A stretch of DNA of 47,901 nt, taken from contig VGKP01000004.1 of NCBI GenBank assembly GCA_016866975.1, positions 1-47,901 of the forward strand, in the 5' to 3' direction. The notes beneath the pieces were generated by a model that did no database searches, had not been told where the DNA came from, and saw nothing but the letters and a program-made list of their open reading frames with translations. Source of the stretch: Candidatus Pacearchaeota archaeon. GTDB lineage: Archaea > Nanobdellota > Nanobdellia > Pacearchaeales > GW2011-AR1. Of this stretch, positions 35,470-43,436 are shown piece after piece (positions within the stretch are counted from its first letter, which is position 1; each line of letters starts with the position of its first letter). A program made the translations under genes and the position numbers.

Positions 35470-36132
35470 TCATGAATTCAAAATGCGGACAAAGGCATCT
35501 GTCTTTTTTCCGATGACTGATCTTAAATCTTCTTCTGAAGCCAGAAAAATCTCTTTTAGAGACTTGAAACGAGAGAGCAATTTATGTGCTGTTGCTGGAC
35601 CAATGCCTGGAAATCCTTCGAGAATAAATTGCATTTGCTGATGTTTTGAGATTAAAAGGGGCTTTGGGCGTAGAGGCGCAGGAGAGGATTTATCTTTTTT
35701 TAGAGCAAGGATGCATAGATATTTTGCAGTGTCTTTATAATCATGAGTGAAGATTATGTGAACTCCATGTTCCAGTGCAAGAGAGAGGAGGAAACCGCGG
35801 AATGCGTTCTCATGGAGCCCTCTCGAATACACATCTTCTTCGATGATGCCTTCCAAGATAAGAAGATGCTTCTCATATTGCTTCAAATTATTAATCTGAT
35901 CAAAAATTCTCCTGTTTATTATAGAGGATTTGAGGTCTGAGACGGTCTTTCTTTCTATCGCAATATCTCTTATAATATAATCTGCTATGGGTAGCTGTTC
36001 AAAATGTAATTTCACAGGCTTTAAAAGCAATTCTGCAATTACTGATGAGGACTTTTCACGATGGTCTATGCGAATCAATGGTTTTTCATCCACATAAGTT
36101 CCTTTTTTAGAGAAAATGTCATAAAATTTCAT
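35470..36132 (-). CDS. ERCC4/XPF nuclease + HhH (nuclease half of Hef)
   Basis: IDHRE, ADY, IERKT catalytic motif, (HhH)2 GFPGIG. Confidence 0.92.
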   Translation of the reverse strand: MKFYDIFSKKGTYVDEKPLIRIDHREKSSSVIAELLLKPVKLHFEQLPIADYIIRDIAIERKTVSDLKSSIINRRIFDQINNLKQYEKHLLILEGIIEEDVYSRGLHENAFRGFLLSLALEHGVHIIFTHDYKDTAKYLCILALKKDKSSPAPLRPKPLLISKHQQMQFILEGFPGIGPATAHKLLSRFKSLKEIFLASEEDLRSVIGKKTDAFVRILNS

Positions 36133-36260
36133 TTCTTATTATACATTGTCAATAATATAATGCTTGTGGAATGCAAGATGGTAATTACAAGAGAGAAGAT
36201 AGATAGAATAAAGAGTTCTTCAGAGGCATCCTCTCTCTTCTAAGTATCTTGGAATATGCT

Positions 36261-37820
36261 TCATGCAAATTCATTCAATGTGGGGTTTTTCTTTTGGTCT
36301 TTCATTTCTTCTTTTACGGACTGAATAGTTTTATACATCTTTCTTTCTCTTGCGGATGATGCATAGTGATTAATTTCATCTTTGGTGTCTTTGGTGATGA
36401 GGATGAAGAGCTTACCAGGAGCAAGTCTTGCTGTTCTACCTGCGCGCTGGATCTTTCTTATTGCACTTGGGACTGGCTCATAGAAAAATACCGCATTCAC
36501 TTCTGGAATGTCAAGACCTTCTTCGCCTATCGAAGTAGCTATCAAAATATTTACTTCTCCAACTTTAAATTGCTCTATAATTCTTTTCTGATCTTTCTGA
36601 GATAAGCCCGTAACTCCTCCGTGTTTTGTGGTCTTTTTTGCCTGACCGACAAAAATCACCGGTCTCGCGTTATTTATAATAGAAAGCCTATGGCAAATAA
36701 GAGATGCAGTGTCCCTAAATTGAGTAAATATAATGGTCTTGGCTTTTGGATTATCTTGGAGCTCTTTTTCTATGAGTGAAGACAACTCTTCTACTTTTGG
36801 ATGTTCCATCTTATTTGTCAGAAGATGTTCCAATGAGATAAAACAGGCATTGAATTCTGATGACTTTACCAAAGATTGCACTGCCTTGCTCTTCTTATCA
36901 ATTGCCTGTTGTTGCAATCCCCTGAGATAAGTATGTAAGCCTGAAAGAGTTTGAGTCTCTAGAAGTTCAAGCGCGTGAGATATTTTGATTGCTTGAGCGG
37001 TGAGAGACATTCCGTGCATTGCAGCAAAGTTCCTGCATTGTACCTGCATCGCAAGCCTGTTCTGAAGCTTGAGAAGAGTAATCTTATTTGCAGGCTCATG
37101 AAGAAAACGACTCTTTCTCAGTTTGTCTACACAAGAGTCAAAGATTCTTTTGAGTAACACTCGCAACTCAATAAACTCTTTTGGGAAAGGCACCTCTATC
37201 TTCTGGAAATCTAACTCATGAAGGTATTGCCTGACATCTTCTGATGATCTTTGCCTTAATTCTATCTCTTGAATAGAAAGATGTTCACAAATCTGCTTTA
37301 TAATCTCTGATGACGTGCCTGGAGAAGCTGTAAGTCCCAATATCCTTTGTTGCTCTATTGGTGCTTGTTGCTTGTATTTAGCAACCACTTTAGTGTAATC
37401 GTAGTTCTTCAGGCATCTATGTGCTTCGTCGATAACGAGCAGAGCAACATCCTGAGAAGTGTAGAGCTCCTGATGTAGATCGTTAGCTATGCATTGAGGT
37501 GTTGAAAAAATGACTTCGGCTGTCTGGTAAATTTTTTTTCTCTTTTCTGCTGGAACTGAGCCCGTGAAGAGTTGAAGGTCTGCAAAAAGTTCAGGAAGAT
37601 TCTTTTGAAAATACTGATAATGTTGCTCAGCCAAGGGTTTTGTCGGTGCAAGGAAAAGAATTTTCTTGGCGGGAAATGATTTTAGGCGCTCTACTGCAAG
37701 CAATAGAGCTATGAGGGTCTTGCCTAAACCCGTTGGGAGGACAACAAGAGTGTTTTTTGATTTTGCTGTTTCAAATATTCTTTGTTGGTATTCTCTGGGA
37801 ACAAGGTTTAATATTGTCAT
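36261..37820 (-). CDS. hef: Hef/FANCM-like DEAH helicase (helicase half of Hef)
   Basis: LPTGLGKT, DEAH, LTASPG, EEGLDIP and QRAGRT motifs. Confidence 0.92.
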   Translation of the reverse strand: MTILNLVPREYQQRIFETAKSKNTLVVLPTGLGKTLIALLLAVERLKSFPAKKILFLAPTKPLAEQHYQYFQKNLPELFADLQLFTGSVPAEKRKKIYQTAEVIFSTPQCIANDLHQELYTSQDVALLVIDEAHRCLKNYDYTKVVAKYKQQAPIEQQRILGLTASPGTSSEIIKQICEHLSIQEIELRQRSSEDVRQYLHELDFQKIEVPFPKEFIELRVLLKRIFDSCVDKLRKSRFLHEPANKITLLKLQNRLAMQVQCRNFAAMHGMSLTAQAIKISHALELLETQTLSGLHTYLRGLQQQAIDKKSKAVQSLVKSSEFNACFISLEHLLTNKMEHPKVEELSSLIEKELQDNPKAKTIIFTQFRDTASLICHRLSIINNARPVIFVGQAKKTTKHGGVTGLSQKDQKRIIEQFKVGEVNILIATSIGEEGLDIPEVNAVFFYEPVPSAIRKIQRAGRTARLAPGKLFILITKDTKDEINHYASSARERKMYKTIQSVKEEMKDQKKNPTLNEFA

Positions 37821-37875
37821 GTAAATCGCCTGTCTTTCAAGTCATTTAGAAATCACGTTCTTCTTTATATAATTA

Positions 37876-37930
37876 TGTCAAGGATTTACATTCTTGTGGT
37901 TCAGTCTGAGGCGGCGCGTCGTTTTTTTGA
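37876..37930 (+). repeat. Internally deleted R-family element
   Basis: Starts TGTCAAGGA and ends GGCGCGTCGTTTTTTTGA, matching the two termini of the 9-kb copy. Confidence 0.55.
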
Positions 37931-37933
37931 GAT

Positions 37934-38731
37934 TTATACTAGAAGAAGGGTGTAGAGGAAGAAGATGACTGTGATGGCCACAAGAACTGTCCAGATTGTT
38001 TTTGACCCGAACAAAATCTGGGTGCCGTCAAGATTAGAGAATGGAATCAGGCTAGTGATAGCGTAAAATGTCGCGAATTTTGCGAGAGGTTCCTCGTTAA
38101 AGAAGTAACTTGCCACTGCCAAAAAAAGTGACGCGATAACTCCCGATGTACCAATGAGGCCATTGTGCCAATCTGTGACTTCAGAGAAACTATAAAATCC
38201 ATGCCTTTTTGCGGCGCGGTGTCTTAATGCTCTCGCCTCAAAAGTCAATATGGTCATAAGGAATAGTTTGCCTGCAGTAATTAATGAGGTCACAAGAGGA
38301 AGGATGATTCCTGTAGGAACTTCATTTTTAAAATAAGCAGTAGGACGGAATCCGAAACGCTCCATATGCCAGATGCGGTGCTCTGCCCTTATGTCAAGAG
38401 AAGCAGCGACAAGTTTTTTTGCGCCTACTGAAACAACCAAAATAATCAGAGCGTAATATGCTGCCTGAGATATAGATGTCCAGCTCTGGTTTAGTATCGA
38501 AGGCATGGCTATTACGACAGACAGGATAATCCCCGCTCCCAAAAGATTTTTAATTTCCTCAGTTTCCATGCATCTCTCTAGAGAATGTTTTATATAAACA
38601 TTATGCGAGTAGTGTGCAAGCATAAAGTATAAATACTCATACGCATAAATCTTGTAATGTTGAGAGTAAAAAGAGTGAGTGAAGTTATTGGGAAGAAAGC
38701 TTATACTTCGGAAGGTGATTTCTTTGGACAA
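37934..38731 (-). CDS. Multi-pass membrane protein (M50 peptidase-like, catalytic motif degenerate)
   Basis: Several TMs; LIPFSNLDG resembles the M50 NLxPxxxLDG motif but no HExxH is present; real start is probably downstream. Confidence 0.6.
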   Translation of the reverse strand: MSKEITFRSISFLPNNFTHSFYSQHYKIYAYEYLYFMLAHYSHNVYIKHSLERCMETEEIKNLLGAGIILSVVIAMPSILNQSWTSISQAAYYALIILVVSVGAKKLVAASLDIRAEHRIWHMERFGFRPTAYFKNEVPTGIILPLVTSLITAGKLFLMTILTFEARALRHRAAKRHGFYSFSEVTDWHNGLIGTSGVIASLFLAVASYFFNEEPLAKFATFYAITSLIPFSNLDGTQILFGSKTIWTVLVAITVIFFLYTLLLV

Positions 38732-38965
38732 GTAGAAGAAGTCAATCTGGTAGACAATAAGATAGAAGGATGGAGAATAAGAGTAGGAAGCGGTTTTGTA
38801 AGTTCATTGGGCGGGGCCAGAGGGGTTGTGATACCTCATCAGTTCGTTAAAGCCATAGGAGATGTCTTTGTAGTCAATAAGGCCTCTTTACCTGCAAGAG
38901 ACGAGAGTTCTGCGATGATAGAAGAAATGCCTGCAAGCGATGGTTCTAGAGAAGAGCTGATGTAA
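38657..38965 (+). CDS. PRC-barrel domain protein
   Basis: VSEVIGKKAYTSEGDFFGQVEE...IPHQFVKAIGDVFVV. Confidence 0.88.
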   Translation: MLRVKRVSEVIGKKAYTSEGDFFGQVEEVNLVDNKIEGWRIRVGSGFVSSLGGARGVVIPHQFVKAIGDVFVVNKASLPARDESSAMIEEMPASDGSREELM

Positions 38966-38982
38966 TTAGGTTAAGCTATAGA

Positions 38983-39177
38983 ATGCTCAGGAGAGCTGTA
39001 AGAGAGTTAAGTCGTTTTGTTAGTGATTCAGAAGATAGCCGCTACTCATCTGAGGAATATTCTGAAGGAAGAGGAGGTGAATTGGCGGTTAAAACTTATA
39101 GGTATATTCTGCCTGGAAGAAGAGTTGAGGCAGTAAGGTCTGGAGAAGGAAAGAGAGATTTATCTACGGAAGTCTAA
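38983..39177 (+). CDS. Hypothetical protein
   Basis: Short ORF in operon position; weak support. Confidence 0.35.
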   Translation: MLRRAVRELSRFVSDSEDSRYSSEEYSEGRGGELAVKTYRYILPGRRVEAVRSGEGKRDLSTEV

Positions 39178-39247
39178 AGATTGGAATTCTTTAATCCATT
39201 TTGGCTCCGACGCAGCTAAAGGTTTAAATAATAGGAAGATATATTCT

Positions 39248-39745
39248 TTGATTATGGCCTATGAGACGATTTTTAACAGTGAACTAGCACAAACGGCGCT
39301 TGTCTTCGTTTTGGTGTTTACTCTTGTCAACGCAGTCTTGCAGAAGTCAAAGATTCTGGGAGATGGAAAGAATAGCGCAGATGCTCTTGTGGCGCTTGCA
39401 GTAGGCCTTTTAGTATCTACGGTAGGATATGCTACTGACATAATAAGAAGACTTGTACCTTTCTTAGGGGTATCTCTAGTTGTGATACTAGTTTTCTTGT
39501 TATTAGTGGCGATATTCTTCTCAGAAGGAAAGTTTGAGTTGCATAGTGGGGTCCTGATTGCATTTGGGATTATAGCATTTGTTGCAGTAGTAATAGCCGT
39601 CGCTAATATAACGGGGGCGTGGACATATGTCAAGGACTTCTTTGCTGGAGGAGATGACAATTCTTTTGCAGCAAACTTGATATTGATATTGGTAGTTGTT
39701 GGAGCAGTATTTTTCGCATTAAAATATTCTGTCGGGAACCGATGA
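39248..39745 (+). CDS. Membrane protein, paralog 1 of a local trio; stop codon lies within an R element
   Basis: FVLVFTLVNAVLQKSKILG...ALAVGLL...VPFLGV motif shared with the two downstream paralogs. Confidence 0.8.
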   Translation: MIMAYETIFNSELAQTALVFVLVFTLVNAVLQKSKILGDGKNSADALVALAVGLLVSTVGYATDIIRRLVPFLGVSLVVILVFLLLVAIFFSEGKFELHSGVLIAFGIIAFVAVVIAVANITGAWTYVKDFFAGGDDNSFAANLILILVVVGAVFFALKYSVGNR

Positions 39746-39848
39746 AAACCACACCTTTCAAGGTGTGGTGGTTCCCGAGCATCTCCAAAAACGAGCGCCT
39801 GCAACAAACCTCGGCTTTTAAGCCGAGGTGGCGCATCGTTTTTGTGAT
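39730..39848 (+). repeat. R-family element, copy 2
   Basis: Identical to 33907-34025; overlaps the last five codons of the upstream CDS. Confidence 0.92.
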
Positions 39849-39873
39849 AAATAATGTCAAAATAATGTCAAAA

Positions 39874-40410
39874 TCAGGCTTCAAGAAATCCTTTTAATTT
39901 TTTTAATGCTTCTCTGCGCATGCTAATATCATTCTTTTCTGATTGAGTCATCTGGGCAAAGGTCATCTGACAACCTTTTGGCTTAAAGATTGGGTCCCAA
40001 CCAAACTTTTTGTCTCCTTGCGGCTGCACAATCTCGCCATCAATAGAACCTTCAAAAAAATGGATCTCGGCAGGAGAAGCAGCGTAACCTATGACTGTTG
40101 TAGCCTTTGCAAGAGGGTTTTGAAGTCTAGAGACCAAGGAAGAGATTCCTTCTAAACCCAAAGATTCCATAAACCATTTTATAAAAGGGCCTGGAAATCC
40201 ATTCAAGGCGAAAAGTGAAAGAGAGGTATCTTCGACTATACATGGGCCTTTATGATGTTTTAAGGCTTCCTTTAGCTTGGCAGTTATGATCTCACGAGAA
40301 TCCAGACTTTGTAACTCTGGAAGATCCATTTCTAGCTGCTCTACATCTCCAATAATCTCTTTAACCTCTAAAAATTTGTTTTTATTACCTGTTATGAAAC
40401 AAAGAGCCAT
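39874..40410 (-). CDS. rdgB: Ham1/RdgB non-canonical purine NTP pyrophosphatase
   Basis: FITGNKNK, PELQ, EDTSL, GFPGPFIK, FGWDPIF and EKNDISMR motifs. Confidence 0.95.
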   Translation of the reverse strand: MALCFITGNKNKFLEVKEIIGDVEQLEMDLPELQSLDSREIITAKLKEALKHHKGPCIVEDTSLSLFALNGFPGPFIKWFMESLGLEGISSLVSRLQNPLAKATTVIGYAASPAEIHFFEGSIDGEIVQPQGDKKFGWDPIFKPKGCQMTFAQMTQSEKNDISMRREALKKLKGFLEA

Positions 40411-40538
40411 ATTTTTGGAAATTTAGAGAAGTATAAATATCCTCTTGTATTGATCTTCTTTGCTGATAAATAGTATATTCATGCCTTATCGATGTATTTA
40501 TTCGAAACATATTTAAATAGCCTGAGGATAAGTAAGGT

Positions 40539-41066
40539 ATGGTGTATACGATTGGACAATTTCTCTCTCAGTGGCAACAGGCAGGCGTGTTCGACTATCT
40601 TCTACCTTTCCTACTAATATTTGCAGTTGTTTTGGGAATACTTTCTACGACTAATATCCTTGGTCTCAATAAAGGGATTCATGTGATAATTGCGCTTGTA
40701 ATCGGGATGCTTGCCTTACAGTTGAATTTTGTCCCCGATTTCTTCAGAGAAGTGTTTCCAAGACTCGGAGTTGCTTTAGCAGTGATACTAGTCATAATGA
40801 TATGTATAGGTCTATTCATACCTGATGAGGAAAAGAGGTATTGGTTCTGGGGATTGGGGGCGATTGGGTTTGTAGCGGCGTTAGTGGTTCTTTCCCAGTC
40901 ATTTTCATCATTCGGGTGGTATTCATCGCTGGCATATGATGATTATGTGGGGTGGATTGTAGGTGTTGTGCTGATAATAGGAGTAATAATTGCAATCGCT
41001 TCAAGTGGATCGCATACAGGTGGCAATCATGATGGAAGAGTCACTTTGCGGTCACTAAGAGAATAG
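40539..41066 (+). CDS. Membrane protein, paralog 2
   Basis: LLPFLLIFAVVLGILSTTNILG motif. Confidence 0.8.
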   Translation: MVYTIGQFLSQWQQAGVFDYLLPFLLIFAVVLGILSTTNILGLNKGIHVIIALVIGMLALQLNFVPDFFREVFPRLGVALAVILVIMICIGLFIPDEEKRYWFWGLGAIGFVAALVVLSQSFSSFGWYSSLAYDDYVGWIVGVVLIIGVIIAIASSGSHTGGNHDGRVTLRSLRE

Positions 41067-41067
41067 T

Positions 41068-41595
41068 ATGGCGCAGATAAACTTATCGGGAATTGAATAT
41101 TTTGTACCTCTTATAGGATTTATACTCGTATTTGTAATCATATATGCAGTATTGAATAAGACAAAAGTATTTGAAAATCTTTGGCTTGAATTGTTCATCT
41201 CTTTCTTGGTATCTACATTATTTATATCAGTCATAGGGCCCTTGGAGTATATACAGGCGATAACTCCCTGGTTTGCAATATTGTTAGTAAGCTTGTTCTT
41301 CATATTAGTACTGACAGGTTTCATAGGGGACAAAGATGATGCCTTGAAGAAGTGGGTTGGACAGGCATTTGTCTACATTCTCCTGTTAGTCTTCATTATT
41401 GCCGCATTTTTTGTATTCTCATCAATGATAACGCCGTATATACCCGGATCTGGAAATTATGGAAGTGGTGCTAATAAAGATGTATTAAAATTAATTTCTT
41501 GGGCTTATGAATCAAAGACTGCCGGTGCGTTCTGGCTGATTTTAGTCAGTGCCCTTGCAAGCTGGATCCTTGTGAGAAGCGGAAAGAAAAAGTAA
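41068..41595 (+). CDS. Membrane protein, paralog 3
   Basis: FILVFVIIYAVLNKTKVF...TPWFAILL motif. Confidence 0.8.
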   Translation: MAQINLSGIEYFVPLIGFILVFVIIYAVLNKTKVFENLWLELFISFLVSTLFISVIGPLEYIQAITPWFAILLVSLFFILVLTGFIGDKDDALKKWVGQAFVYILLLVFIIAAFFVFSSMITPYIPGSGNYGSGANKDVLKLISWAYESKTAGAFWLILVSALASWILVRSGKKK

Positions 41596-41626
41596 AATTT
41601 ATTAATTATCCTTCTGATTCTCTGAA

Positions 41627-42262
41627 ATGAAAATAACCAAATTAGGACATTGCTGTCTGTTAATAGAAACAAAAGGATTGAGAATACTTACTGATCCAGG
41701 CAATTATTCTACCCGACAGAATGAAGTAAGAAATATTGATTTGGTATTGATAACTCATGAACATCAAGACCATCTTCATATGGAATCATTAAAGATAGTA
41801 TTGAAAAATTGTCCAAAGGCAATCGTTGTGACTAATGATGCAGTAGGTAAGATTCTTGAAAGAGAAGGAATAGATTATGAGATTTTAGAGCATGGAGGCC
41901 AGAGGAAATATGGAGGTATCATGCTTGAGGGCTATGGAGAAGAACACGCAGAAATTTACAGTACAGTCAATCCTGTCCAAAACACAGGCTATTTCATTGA
42001 CGGTCGCCTTTTCTATCCTGGTGATGCATTTACTGATCCTGGAAAAAACATTGATGTCCTCGCATTGCCTGTAGCGGGACCGTGGATTAAAATAAGCGAG
42101 GCGATAGAATATGCATTAAAGCTACGTCCAGCCAAGGCATTTCCTGTTCATGACGGAAATCTTAAGAGTCCTGGAATAGCGCATAGATTGCCTGGAGAGA
42201 TCTTAAATAAGGAAGGAATAAAGTTCATTGTGCTGGAAGAAGGTAAAGAGTGTGAATTATAG
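41627..42262 (+). CDS. MBL-fold metallo-hydrolase
   Basis: LGHCC, TDPG, THEHQDH, GD and PVHDG motifs. Confidence 0.92.
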   Translation: MKITKLGHCCLLIETKGLRILTDPGNYSTRQNEVRNIDLVLITHEHQDHLHMESLKIVLKNCPKAIVVTNDAVGKILEREGIDYEILEHGGQRKYGGIMLEGYGEEHAEIYSTVNPVQNTGYFIDGRLFYPGDAFTDPGKNIDVLALPVAGPWIKISEAIEYALKLRPAKAFPVHDGNLKSPGIAHRLPGEILNKEGIKFIVLEEGKECEL

Positions 42263-42287
42263 AAACAGGACAAGCCCCGCACATTAT

Positions 42288-42941
42288 TTATGGCTGTGAA
42301 GATTCAGGGGCCGGAATTTTATTAGAGGGTTGCGCCTGCTGCTTGTTTGGAAGCTGAGGCAACAATGCTTTGAAAGATCTTTGGGTCTCAACTATTTCCT
42401 GCTTTATGTCCTCTACATTTGTCATGTAGTCTCCCACTTTCTGCAATACGGAGAGCTGAAGGCGGTCAATGGTCCTCTCAATCTTCTTGAGGCGCTCATC
42501 TATGTATTCTACCTTAGTATCTATGATGTTCTTGAAGTCGAGCGCACGTTCAATCTTGTCTTTCAAAGGAGTTAGCTTTTCGACTATTATCTGCTCTGCA
42601 ATCTCATTGACAACATCTGAGCTTATATTTCCAGTGTATGGCTCGTATGCAGGATATTGATATTCCTGCTGTTCCTGCTGGTTGCCATATGCAGACTGGG
42701 AAACGGCGGCCTGGGAAGGATTAGTGTTTTCCTTAGTTATCATTGATGGCTGCATCTGTGTTTGTCCTGAATCTGAAGATACATCCATCGCAGGATTTAT
42801 CACTGCCTCCTTTATCTTGGATTGAGCCAGAGCTTCCCTCGCTTCTGATTCCGAGATTCCCTGGCTCACAAGAGATTTCTCAATTTCCTGCTCAGATATT
42901 CCCTGTTCCTGCATTCTCTGTATTTCTTCTATAGTGCCCAT
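42288..42941 (-). CDS. Coiled-coil hypothetical protein
   Basis: Small helical N-terminal domain, Q/P-rich linker, long heptad region. Confidence 0.75.
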   Translation of the reverse strand: MGTIEEIQRMQEQGISEQEIEKSLVSQGISESEAREALAQSKIKEAVINPAMDVSSDSGQTQMQPSMITKENTNPSQAAVSQSAYGNQQEQQEYQYPAYEPYTGNISSDVVNEIAEQIIVEKLTPLKDKIERALDFKNIIDTKVEYIDERLKKIERTIDRLQLSVLQKVGDYMTNVEDIKQEIVETQRSFKALLPQLPNKQQAQPSNKIPAPESSQP

Positions 42942-43228
42942 TATGTTTTCCTAAAAAGATTTAATTGTCTTTGAAGTATCGCCAATTCCTCTTTTCTGGC
43001 CAGAGTCATCAATTGTTCTGCAATCCTTTGCAGGAGCTCTCTCATGCGAAAATGGTCTTCTTTCAGAATGATTATGTCTCGCTTAATCTCCTGCAACTCT
43101 CTGATGTTCTTCTCTTTTTCCTCGACAAGAGACTTGCCTATAAGGAGAAGGCGGTCTTTGAGGAGCCTAAGTTTTTCCTCAAGATCGTGCATTTGTAATG
43201 AAGATTCTGGAGGTGAGAGAGTATCCAT
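42941..43228 (-). CDS. Small coiled-coil protein
   Basis: Heptad pattern; ARKEEL motif; stop overlaps the next ATG. Confidence 0.75.
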   Translation of the reverse strand: MDTLSPPESSLQMHDLEEKLRLLKDRLLLIGKSLVEEKEKNIRELQEIKRDIIILKEDHFRMRELLQRIAEQLMTLARKEELAILQRQLNLFRKT

Positions 43229-43269
43229 CGTAAATAAAAGATGATTGGGTTTAAAATCCTTCCTAAGGA

Positions 43270-43354
43270 AACCAAGGTTCTCTCAGGGATTCATAATCCC
43301 TGATGACCGTCAAGAATCAGCAGATTCTTGAGGCCTTGTGGGTCAACCTTCCTT
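43270..43354 (+). repeat. P/Q composite double-hairpin element, copy 2
   Basis: 85 bp identical to 33821-33905; lies in a divergent promoter region. Confidence 0.92.
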
Positions 43355-43436
43355 TCAATAAACTCTCCTATCAAAATAAAGGAGCACCTATAGAAACCTA
43401 TTTAATATTTGGTCTGCGTGGAAATGATGAAAGAAC

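Noticed and set aside
36133-36260. Programmed frameshift or readthrough joining the Hef halves
   Set aside because: No obvious slippery site, stops occur in the gap, and both genes have plausible native ends.
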